42,439 nucleotides of DNA from Planctomycetia bacterium. Its GTDB lineage: Bacteria; Planctomycetota; PLA2; JAEUHO01. The notes beneath the pieces are model-generated. The model saw only the letters and a program-made list of their open reading frames with translations. It did not search any database and was not told the DNA's origin. The DNA lies in the NCBI GenBank assembly GCA_016795345.1, contig JAEUHO010000268.1, forward strand, positions 1-42,439. The letters are read 5' to 3'. Below are positions 32,744 through 41,366 of the stretch, one piece after another. A program made the position numbers and the translations under genes. Numbering within the stretch: the stretch's first letter is position 1; every line of letters starts with the position of its first letter.

Positions 32744-35700
32744 TTGAACCCCGCCACCTCCCGACCCGGCTCGACCCCGAGGAGTCCTCGCGTGACCCGC
32801 ACCCGCCACCGCCGCCGCGGCTTCTCGCTCCTCGAGATGCTCATCGCCGGCACGATCATCGCGGTCGTCGGCATGGCCGGCGCCGCCTACGTCTCGCGCT
32901 CCACGCAGGGCGCGGACTGGTCGCGCGACCGCGTCTTCGCGCGCCAGAAGGCGCTCTCGATCCTCTCGGAGCTCAAGTCGTTCGTCGAGGGCTCGGCCAA
33001 CCAGACCGCCGACGAGCTCGACGGCTTCGACGACGGGTTCACGTACAACGCGTCGCTCACCATCGCGCCCGACCCGGTGAACCCGGAGGTGCTCGCCGCC
33101 CCGGCGCACCCGCTCTCGGGCAACGTGGCCGAGGGCACGACGGAGTGGCGCTGGTACCGCCAGATCTCGGTCCGGCGCTTCACGGGCGTGATCACGCGCG
33201 ACCTGCGCATCTGCACGGTGCGCGTCTACCGCCACCGCGCCGGCGGCTCGGTCCCCGGCGAGCAGATGGCCGAGGTGTCGTCGGTCGTGCGCACCGTCGC
33301 CGACTCGTACCCGACGAGCCAGGTCTACGACGTCTACCTCCTCGCCCTCGAGAACATCCCGGGCTGGTGGGTGTACATGGACGCCATCAAGCCGTTCGTG
33401 GACGCCACGCTGCAGGACCTCGAGGCCCGCAACCCCGGCCTCGTGTTCCGCACGCACTGGATCACGACGAGCGGGTACGGCCGTGACGAGGAGTACGCGC
33501 CGTACACCAACGAGACGCGCATCAGCACCGACAACACCCCGTGGGGGTACGTCTACCCGGGCAAGATGCCCGGCGGGCTCGCGGCGAGCCGGTACTACGT
33601 CCCGTCCGGCATCCGGGCGCGCGTGAACCTCGACGGCGAGTACACCCCGGCCTTCCAGAACGGCTACCGCACCGCGGAGCCCTTCGCGGACGGCAACGGG
33701 AACGGCACGTACGACTGGAGCGAGACGTACACCGACACGAACGGCAACGGCGCGTGGGACGGGGCGCTGGCCCACCCGTACGCCTTCGCCGACCAGCACA
33801 ACCACGCGATGCGGTGGCCGGACGAGGACGCGAAGTTCAGGGCCCGCGTGGCCGCCGGCCTCGACACCGACGACACGCCGACGTACCGCCTCCTGCTCGA
33901 CCGCATGATCGCGGACCCGACGCGGTTCCACAACGCGATCTTCATCAACCTGCACGGCGAGCTGCTGCCGATGCCGGCGGTCCGCAACTACTCCGACGCC
34001 GCCAAGGACCCGGTCAACCTGCCCGGCTGGCGCTGCGTCACGCATCCCGAGACGCTGCTCGTGCGCCGGGTCGCGGGCGAGTCGCAGCCGGTGGCGACCG
34101 CCGCGCGCTGGCGCGTGTACGCCTACAAGACCGAGTTCCCGACGACCGAGCCGATCATGACGCTCCGGGAGCCGATCAACGACGTCAACGCGAACGGTCA
34201 GTGGGACGCCGGCGAGCCCTACCAGGACTGGAACGGCAACGGCAAGCACGACGGCATGACGCCGATCCTCGTCGAGCTGGCGGGCGTCGACGCCACGGCG
34301 GCGGTCAACGCGGCCTCGAGCCCGTCGCTCACCGTGAAGTTCCTGGCGGGCGGCGTCGACGCCGACGGCAGCGGCGCCATCGACCTCTACCAGCCCTGGA
34401 CCAACGGGCGGACCTACCCCGAGGCGTGGACCGACGCGAACGGCGACGGGAAGTTCAACCGGAGCGAGGAGTACTTCGACGCCAACGGGAACAACCAGTA
34501 CGACGCCGGCGAGCCGTGGATCGAGGTGGACGGCAACGGGGTCCGGACGGCCTCGACCGAGGCGTTCGTCGACGCGAACGCCAACCTCCGTCCCGACCTG
34601 ACGGATGCGCCGGCCGACGTCTACACCGACGCGAACGCGAACGGGAAGTGGGACCCGGCCGAGCCGTACATGGACGTCAACAACAACGGCATGCGCGACG
34701 GCCCGACCGCCGCCGTGTTGCCCTGGCGCGCGTGGAACGCGGCGGTGGACAACGTGAACCCCGCGACGCGGAAGGCGTACGCGGACGCGTACGGCGAGCC
34801 CTACCGCGACGTGAACGGCAACGGCGTCTGGAACGCCGCCGAGGTGCTGCTGTACGACAACAACGGCAACGGCGTCTGGGACGGCGGCTACCGCCGCGGC
34901 GAGATGTGGTTCCGGACCCGCCTCGACGCGACGACGCAGACGACGATCCTCGAGCTGTACGGCACCCCGCTGTACGCGGGCGAGACCGGCGACAACCGCG
35001 GCCTCGACGCCACGCAGCGCCTGTACGACCTCGAGTACATCCCGTGCCCGACGCCGGGCACGGCCTCGTCGTCGGCGCCGGCGTTCGAGCGCGACCTCTA
35101 CAACAGCACCGCCGACGTCCCCAAGAACACCGCGCGCTGGACGATCGAGGTCCCGATGGCGACGCTGAAGTCGAAGCTGGCCCTCCCGGCCGGCGCGAAC
35201 AACGGCGACACCATCGACCGCATCCTCGAGGTCCGCACGCGTTTCGGGACCGACCTGACGACGGGCGCGATGTACCCGGTGCGCAACGCCCCAACGAACC
35301 TCTCGAAGGCCTACGCGTACTTCTACAACCTCTCGACGAAGATCCCGTTCTCGGAGCGGTACCAGTTCCAGGGCGACCCGCGCCACAGCCCGTACGCCGA
35401 CACCGCCCGCTACGGCACCACGTTCCCGCACGGGCACAACTGGTACTTCGACAACTTCAACGGCGCCGTCGACGCCCGGCCGAAGTGGCTCGGGTTCGAC
35501 ACGGCGCGGTTCGCCGACGGCTGGACCGGCGCGCAGCAGCTCGACACCGCGCGTTACTTCCAGTGGATGCGCACCGCGGTCACGACGACCGAGGCGGTCT
35601 ACACGACCCTGACCGGCTTCTCGTACTTCTACCTGTCGGTCGGCGGCGACGTCGGCTACGACTCGGCCAACGGGTTCGCGAGCTCGATCCCGATGAACGG

Positions 35701-36919
35701 CACGCCGTTCGGGAACACGTCGGCCTCGGTCTACGAGGACACCATCGCCGGCGGCGGCACGTCGGGCATCGGCGGCAGCCAGAAGTACCTGCGCGCGAAC
35801 GACGGCTCGACGGGGTCGATCCGTTCGGGCGGGCACTGGTGGAGCAAGCCGTGGCTCGGCGAGCTCTGGCAGGACGCCGCGTACAACAACCAGTGGGCGC
35901 AGTGGGGCAACCTCCGCGCGACGAGCGACGCGACGCCGCAGACCTATCGGCTGCTGCGGCGCGGTAGCGTGCCCTCCGCGCAGCAGCCGGCGGGCACCGC
36001 GCTCGCCAACCGCTCCGCCCGCACCGGCGAGCCGGGCTCGACGTCGTACTTCAACATCGGGACCTCCGGCTCGACGTTCCACCACCAGTACCGCGACGGA
36101 CAGACGGGCAATCTCACGGGCGACGGGACGCAGCTCGCGACGAACTACAACTTCCCGTTGCCCACGTCGGCGGCCATCAGCCGGCCGTTCGCGCTGGCCA
36201 CGAACGTCGACGGCGGCCTTGGCAGCGAGTTCTCGTACAACACGGAGTACCCGAAGTTCACCGCGGCGAAGGTGGTGGACTTCTACAACCACGCCGGCGG
36301 CACGCTCGGCAGCGCCCTGGTCCGGCACGTGGACCCGACGGGCACCAAGGCCTCCCACGTCGTGGTCAACGGCATCGACCGCACGGTGGGGTCGGGCTCG
36401 GCGTTCATCGCCCGCTACTCGCTCATCACCCTCGTGCACGCGGTGTTCGCGGCGGGCCTCGCCGGCCCGGGACGCGTCAAGCAGCTGCCGCGCGTCCAGA
36501 TCACGTCGCCGACGATCGTGACCGAGCTCTACGACCCCGCGGCCATCGCCATCCAGTGGAAGAGCGAGTGGAAGCGCTGGGACGGGCTCAAGTACACGGC
36601 GGCGTACGCGACGACGTTCGCGGAGACCGAGAGCGACCTCGCGTACGTGCTCCTGCTGTCGCGCGACGGCGGCAACTCGTGGACGAACCTCAAGACGGGC
36701 GCCCCGGCCACGCCGGGCGTCCTCCCGCGGACGGCGCTCGGCGCCATCGACCTGACGAGCATCTGGGTCGACGCGGGCTCGGGGAACGAGTCGTGGACGT
36801 GGAACACGCCGGCGGCGTCGTATCCCGAGGGCTCCTACTTCATCCGGATCGAGTGCTTCCGCCAGACCGAGAACCTCCACTACTCCTTCCACCAGGAGAA
36901 GATCTATGTCAACCGCTGA
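32744..36919 (+). CDS. Giant prepilin-type N-terminal cleavage/methylation-domain protein (~1,375-1,391 aa) with multiple Ca-binding-like D/N-x-D/N-G repeats
   Basis: The class III signal is RHRRRG|FSLLEMLIAGTIIAVVGMAGAAYV (Gly -1, Phe +1, Glu +5). There are two candidate starts, each 7 nt after a GGAG: TTG 32744 and GTG 32792. The GTG gives a 10-aa leader. The long body is non-repetitive and protein-like, with about 10 DxNxNG-type loops. Confidence 0.85.
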   Translation: MNPATSRPGSTPRSPRVTRTRHRRRGFSLLEMLIAGTIIAVVGMAGAAYVSRSTQGADWSRDRVFARQKALSILSELKSFVEGSANQTADELDGFDDGFTYNASLTIAPDPVNPEVLAAPAHPLSGNVAEGTTEWRWYRQISVRRFTGVITRDLRICTVRVYRHRAGGSVPGEQMAEVSSVVRTVADSYPTSQVYDVYLLALENIPGWWVYMDAIKPFVDATLQDLEARNPGLVFRTHWITTSGYGRDEEYAPYTNETRISTDNTPWGYVYPGKMPGGLAASRYYVPSGIRARVNLDGEYTPAFQNGYRTAEPFADGNGNGTYDWSETYTDTNGNGAWDGALAHPYAFADQHNHAMRWPDEDAKFRARVAAGLDTDDTPTYRLLLDRMIADPTRFHNAIFINLHGELLPMPAVRNYSDAAKDPVNLPGWRCVTHPETLLVRRVAGESQPVATAARWRVYAYKTEFPTTEPIMTLREPINDVNANGQWDAGEPYQDWNGNGKHDGMTPILVELAGVDATAAVNAASSPSLTVKFLAGGVDADGSGAIDLYQPWTNGRTYPEAWTDANGDGKFNRSEEYFDANGNNQYDAGEPWIEVDGNGVRTASTEAFVDANANLRPDLTDAPADVYTDANANGKWDPAEPYMDVNNNGMRDGPTAAVLPWRAWNAAVDNVNPATRKAYADAYGEPYRDVNGNGVWNAAEVLLYDNNGNGVWDGGYRRGEMWFRTRLDATTQTTILELYGTPLYAGETGDNRGLDATQRLYDLEYIPCPTPGTASSSAPAFERDLYNSTADVPKNTARWTIEVPMATLKSKLALPAGANNGDTIDRILEVRTRFGTDLTTGAMYPVRNAPTNLSKAYAYFYNLSTKIPFSERYQFQGDPRHSPYADTARYGTTFPHGHNWYFDNFNGAVDARPKWLGFDTARFADGWTGAQQLDTARYFQWMRTAVTTTEAVYTTLTGFSYFYLSVGGDVGYDSANGFASSIPMNGTPFGNTSASVYEDTIAGGGTSGIGGSQKYLRANDGSTGSIRSGGHWWSKPWLGELWQDAAYNNQWAQWGNLRATSDATPQTYRLLRRGSVPSAQQPAGTALANRSARTGEPGSTSYFNIGTSGSTFHHQYRDGQTGNLTGDGTQLATNYNFPLPTSAAISRPFALATNVDGGLGSEFSYNTEYPKFTAAKVVDFYNHAGGTLGSALVRHVDPTGTKASHVVVNGIDRTVGSGSAFIARYSLITLVHAVFAAGLAGPGRVKQLPRVQITSPTIVTELYDPAAIAIQWKSEWKRWDGLKYTAAYATTFAETESDLAYVLLLSRDGGNSWTNLKTGAPATPGVLPRTALGAIDLTSIWVDAGSGNESWTWNTPAASYPEGSYFIRIECFRQTENLHYSFHQEKIYVNR

Positions 36920-37913
36920 CCGCCGCCCGTCCCGCGGGCGCCGCGCCGCGGGCTTCACGGTGCTCGAGATGGTCGTGACGACGGCCATCCTCGGCCTCAC
37001 GACGCTCGTCATCGAGCGGACGATCACGAGCGCCATGGACGCCGAGCGCAGCATGCGCGCCGTCCGCAACACGGCGGACCGCTGCCAGGCCGCCGCGTAC
37101 CACCTCCGCGACGAGGTCACCGGCGCCCGGCGGCTGTTCCAGGCCGACGCCGTCGGCACGGCCTACCTCGCGAAGCTCGGCGTGCCGGTGGCGATGCCGA
37201 TGCTCACGGGCTCCCGCCTGCCGATCTTCGACGAGACGAAGTCGCTGGGCCCCGACACGGCGGGCTCGCCGAAGACGGGGAACATCCTCTTCTTCGTCCG
37301 CGACGCCGACCCGATCCCGTGCATCGCGAACCCGGCGACCAAGAAGATCCGCCTCATCGACGCGTACCGCTTCGTCTGCTTCTACCTGACCGTGTCGCCG
37401 AAGACGCTGGTCGCGGGCGGCCCGCCGGCCCTCGAGCTGGTGGAGTGGAAGAGCGAGCGGTTCCCGTCGTACGCCCAGGTGATGGCGATCACCACGGGCT
37501 CCGAGAAGGTCAACGTCGTCAAGGACCTCTACGCCCGGCACAACATCGACTACCTCTGGGACCTCACGAAGCCGGTGACGACCGCGTTCTTCGCCATCGA
37601 CGGCGCGGGCAACGTCAACGCCTCGCCCACGAACCCCAGCCAGATCCCCGAGGACCTGAACGTCTCGACCCGCGGCCGGTTCGTGGCGGCCAACCTCGGC
37701 ATCGCGCGCACCGACATGACCTCGAAGATGCGGCAGCCGGTGTTCACCGTGGACGACCCCGCGTCGTGGACCCCGCACGGGTTCGAGGTGAAGATCGCCT
37801 CGCCGTCGGGCGCGCGCCGCGTGTGGCTGCGGCTCACGATCGAGCAGCAGGCCTCCAAGGGCCGCATCCCCGCGCACCAGACGACCATCGTCGCCACCAC
37901 GCGCGACACGTGA
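36906..37913 (+). CDS. Prepilin-type N-terminal cleavage/methylation-domain protein (pseudopilin-like, 335 aa)
   Basis: ATG 36906 lies 7 nt after AGGAG (36894-36898) and overlaps the giant gene by 14 nt. The signal is RGRRAAG|FTVLEMVVTTAILGLTTLVIERT. Confidence 0.85.
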   Translation: MSTADRRPSRGRRAAGFTVLEMVVTTAILGLTTLVIERTITSAMDAERSMRAVRNTADRCQAAAYHLRDEVTGARRLFQADAVGTAYLAKLGVPVAMPMLTGSRLPIFDETKSLGPDTAGSPKTGNILFFVRDADPIPCIANPATKKIRLIDAYRFVCFYLTVSPKTLVAGGPPALELVEWKSERFPSYAQVMAITTGSEKVNVVKDLYARHNIDYLWDLTKPVTTAFFAIDGAGNVNASPTNPSQIPEDLNVSTRGRFVAANLGIARTDMTSKMRQPVFTVDDPASWTPHGFEVKIASPSGARRVWLRLTIEQQASKGRIPAHQTTIVATTRDT

Positions 37914-38014
37914 CCTCCGACGGCGGGCACGGGGCCCGGCCCCGCGCCCGCCGCCCGCCGGCCCGCTCCGGGCCCGGCCTTGCGTCCCGCGCCCCGCCGG
38001 GGTTCCATCGCGAC

Positions 38015-39217
38015 GTGGACGCCCCGAAGCCGCGCGTGTTCGCCGTCACGACGGACCTCGCGATGACCGGCTCGAAGCGCGTCCTCGTCGACGGCGCGGT
38101 CGGGCTGTCGCGGGAGCGGTTCCACTCCGGCGTGCTCCTCCTGTCCGACGTGGACGAGGCCGACCCCCTCCGGCGCGAGCTCGCCCGCGGCGGCGTCGAC
38201 GTCCACCACGTGCGCGTCCGATCGCGCCTCGACGTGCGGGGCCTGGTGGCGCTCCGGCGCTGGATCCTCGAGGTCGGCCGGCCCGACGTGCTGCACACCC
38301 ACTGCGCGCGGAGCGCCGGCGTCGTCCGCGTCGCCTGCGCCAGCGTCCCGCGCGGCCGGCGGCCCCGCGTCGTGGTCCACTTCCACGGCACGGTCTCGCG
38401 CCGGGCCTTGCGTTGGAAGCACCGGGTCCTCGACCGGGTGCTCCGCGGCGCGACGTCGATGGTCCTGGCCCCGACGCAGCACTCGGCGGAGCGCGGCGCG
38501 CGCGTCCACGCGTTCCGCGGGCTGCCGGGCCGCGTCGTCCCGAACGGCGTCGACCTCGGCCGCGTGGCCCGGGCGGCGCGGTCGGTCGAGTCCGTGCGGG
38601 CCGGGTGGGGCGTCCCCGACGGGACGCGCGTCGTCCTGCTCCTCGGGCGGTGGGGGGCCGCGAAGGGCCACGACGTGCTGCTCGACGCGATCCCGCGGGT
38701 GCTCGCGCACCCGGAGCCGGTGCGGTTCGTGCTGGTCGCCCCCGAGGGCGGGGGGGAGTACCGCGCGGCCCTCGAGCGGCTGATCCGTCGCACCGCGCTG
38801 CGCCGGCACGTCGTCCTCACCGGGCGCGACACCGACCCCGGCTCGTGTTACGCGGCGGCCGACGTGGTGACGATGCCCTCGCGCGACGAGCCGTTCGGCC
38901 TCGTCGCGGTCGAGGCGATGGCCGCGGGCCGGACGCTCGTCGCGGCGCGGGCGGGGGGGCTCCCCGAGGTCTGCGGCGACGACGCGGGGGTCCTCTGGGT
39001 GCCGCCCGGCGACCCGGACGCGCTCGCCCGCGCGCTCCTCGACGCGCTCGCCGAGCCCGCCGCCGCCCGCGCCGGCCGGGCCGCCCGCGCGCGCGCCCGG
39101 GCCGCGCAATTCGCGCTCCCGCACTACCTGGGCGACCTGGAGCGCGTGTACGCCACGGTGCTCCGCCGCCCCGAACTCGCGCCCGTCGGGGCCGCCGACG
39201 GCCGGCCCGCGGGGTGA
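38015..39217 (+). CDS. Glycosyltransferase family 4 (GT-B, group 1)
   Basis: In-frame GTG 38015 within ORF 37319..39217; the start is uncertain. The sequence ...VVLLLGRWGAAKGHDVLLDA...VLTGRDTDPGSCYAAADVVTMPSRDEPFGLVAVEAMAAGRTLVAARAGGLPEV carries the EX7E-type GT1 signature region. Confidence 0.85.
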   Translation: MDAPKPRVFAVTTDLAMTGSKRVLVDGAVGLSRERFHSGVLLLSDVDEADPLRRELARGGVDVHHVRVRSRLDVRGLVALRRWILEVGRPDVLHTHCARSAGVVRVACASVPRGRRPRVVVHFHGTVSRRALRWKHRVLDRVLRGATSMVLAPTQHSAERGARVHAFRGLPGRVVPNGVDLGRVARAARSVESVRAGWGVPDGTRVVLLLGRWGAAKGHDVLLDAIPRVLAHPEPVRFVLVAPEGGGEYRAALERLIRRTALRRHVVLTGRDTDPGSCYAAADVVTMPSRDEPFGLVAVEAMAAGRTLVAARAGGLPEVCGDDAGVLWVPPGDPDALARALLDALAEPAAARAGRAARARARAAQFALPHYLGDLERVYATVLRRPELAPVGAADGRPAG

Positions 39218-39308
39218 CCGGCGGAGGCCGCCGGGCGGTCGCCGGCCCCGACGCCCCCGCTCGGTGCTTGCGGCGGCGCGGTCGGCGCGTCATTCTGCGC
39301 GCTCGATC

Positions 39309-40346
<1,038 letters not shown>

Positions 40347-40355
<9 letters not shown>

Positions 40356-40408
40356 CGACGGCGCGGGCTCTGACGCGGCGCGGGCCCTGAGGGTGGCGCG
40401 CTGACGCC
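40347..40408 (+). repeat. Short tandem repeat spanning the DHS-like stop codon (GGGCTCTGACG.. x2.5)
   Basis: GGGCTCTGACGACGGCGC (40347-40364) is followed by GGGCTCTGACGCGGCGC (40365-40381) and GGGCCCTGAGGGTGGCGCGCTGACGCC (40382-40408). The first unit contains the TGA at 40353-40355. Confidence 0.7.
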
Positions 40409-40667
40409 CCCGCGCGGGCGAGGGACCCACCCGCGCCCGACCGCCGGTCGCAGATTTCCCTGACGCGGCAGGGTGCCCTCGCGCGGACGGGCGCCGTGCC
40501 GCGGGACGGTGCGCACGCCGGGTGGCGCGGACGCGAAGTGCCAGCGGCCCCGTGGGCGCAGCCCCTGCGCCGGACGGCCCGGCCCGCCCCCGCCCCGTCC
40601 CGCGGGGTCGATCCCGCGCGTCGTCGCGGGGGGAGGGGTGTCGGTGGCGCCCTCCGGCAGGGGCACT

Positions 40668-40724
40668 CGGGTGTGGGGACTCGGGCGCGGGGACCCGGGT
40701 GTGGGGACTCGGGCGCGGGGGGAC
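40668..40724 (+). repeat. 28-bp tandem duplication of a G-run-rich unit (G-quadruplex-capable)
   Basis: CGGGTGTGGGGACTCGGGCGCGGGGAC occurs at 40668-40694 and again at 40696-40724. Each copy has four G3-4 runs separated by 3-4 nt. Confidence 0.8.
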
Positions 40725-41064
40725 GCAAGGCCCGCGGGCCGGCGACCGCCCCCTCGGGGCCGCCCCGCGACCGATCCCCGACGCCGCGGGGCGGGGGCGG
40801 CTCACCGTGGGCTGCGTTCCCCGGGGGGGCGCTTCCGGGGGCCAGACGGCGACTCCAGGCCCGCGGCGGCCGTCCCCTCTCCGGTCGCCCCTCCCCCCCG
40901 GACTTGGTGGTTTCCCCGGGGGGCGTGACCACTTTCGGGGACCGTGGCTGTCCCCGGCAAGGGAAGGCCCCCCGGTGTCCATCTTGACCGAACGCTGACG
41001 AATCGTGTCGGGATGACACTTCGAGGCGATACCCCGGGGGGATGACCCCCCGGGGCCAGGGGCG

Positions 41065-41086
41065 GAAATCGACCGATGGTCGGATT
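41065..41086 (+). repeat. 22-bp direct repeat, copy 1 (candidate protein-binding site)
   Basis: GAAATCGACCGATGGTCGGATT is 21/22 identical to copy 2 at 41204-41225. It has an internal imperfect dyad (GAAATC ... GATT[C/T]). Confidence 0.7.
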
Positions 41087-41203
41087 CACGTCGCCGGGAC
41101 TCCCGGATCGACCGGCCTTGACTTCGTCTAAACGCGACACGCAAGTTGTGTAATGACAGTTGCTTACGTATTCCGTTCGTGGGGCCTCGACGGCGGACGC
41201 CGC

Positions 41204-41225
41204 GAAATCGACCGATGGGCGGATT
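41204..41225 (+). repeat. 22-bp direct repeat, copy 2 (candidate protein-binding site)
   Basis: GAAATCGACCGATGGGCGGATT has GAAATC/GATTTC arms forming a 6-bp inverted repeat with a 12-nt spacer. It lies 142 nt upstream of the ATG at 41367. Confidence 0.7.
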
Positions 41226-41366
41226 TCCGCGGATCCAACCGGGCCTCGGCGGCGTCTCATTCGGCGTGCTGGTTGCGATAGAGGCCGCAGTCGACCCCCG
41301 GGTCGACCCGGGTGCGGCGCTGGGTCCGCCCTCGGATGCGGTGGGTCTTACGAAAGGCAGGTCTCG

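Noticed and set aside
31139-37159. 2,006-aa ORF on the minus strand, the longest in the track
   Set aside because: It is antisense to the three pilin-like genes. Its translation is Arg/Val/Asp/Gly-rich and repetitive, with no hydrophobic cores or recognisable motifs. The plus-strand frames have class III signal peptides, Shine-Dalgarno sites and globular composition. It is a typical high-GC shadow ORF.
40720-40740. Resemblance of GGGACGCAAGGCCCGCGG to the GGGACGCAAAGCCUCCGG segment of c-di-GMP-I (GEMM-I) riboswitches, upstream of a DICT-like gene
   Set aside because: The sequence is one copy of the dispersed GGGACGC[G/A]AGGCCCG repeat found all over the window. The other GEMM-I half (GGCAAACC-type tetraloop-receptor arm) is absent, and it lies more than 600 nt from the ATG.
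41118-41156. Sigma-70-type promoter from TTGACT (41118-41123) and TAATGA (41151-41156)
   Set aside because: The spacer is 27 nt, far from the 16-18 nt optimum. The hexamer at correct spacing (GCAAGT) is poor. It is kept only as an 'AT-rich island' inside a finding, not called as a promoter.
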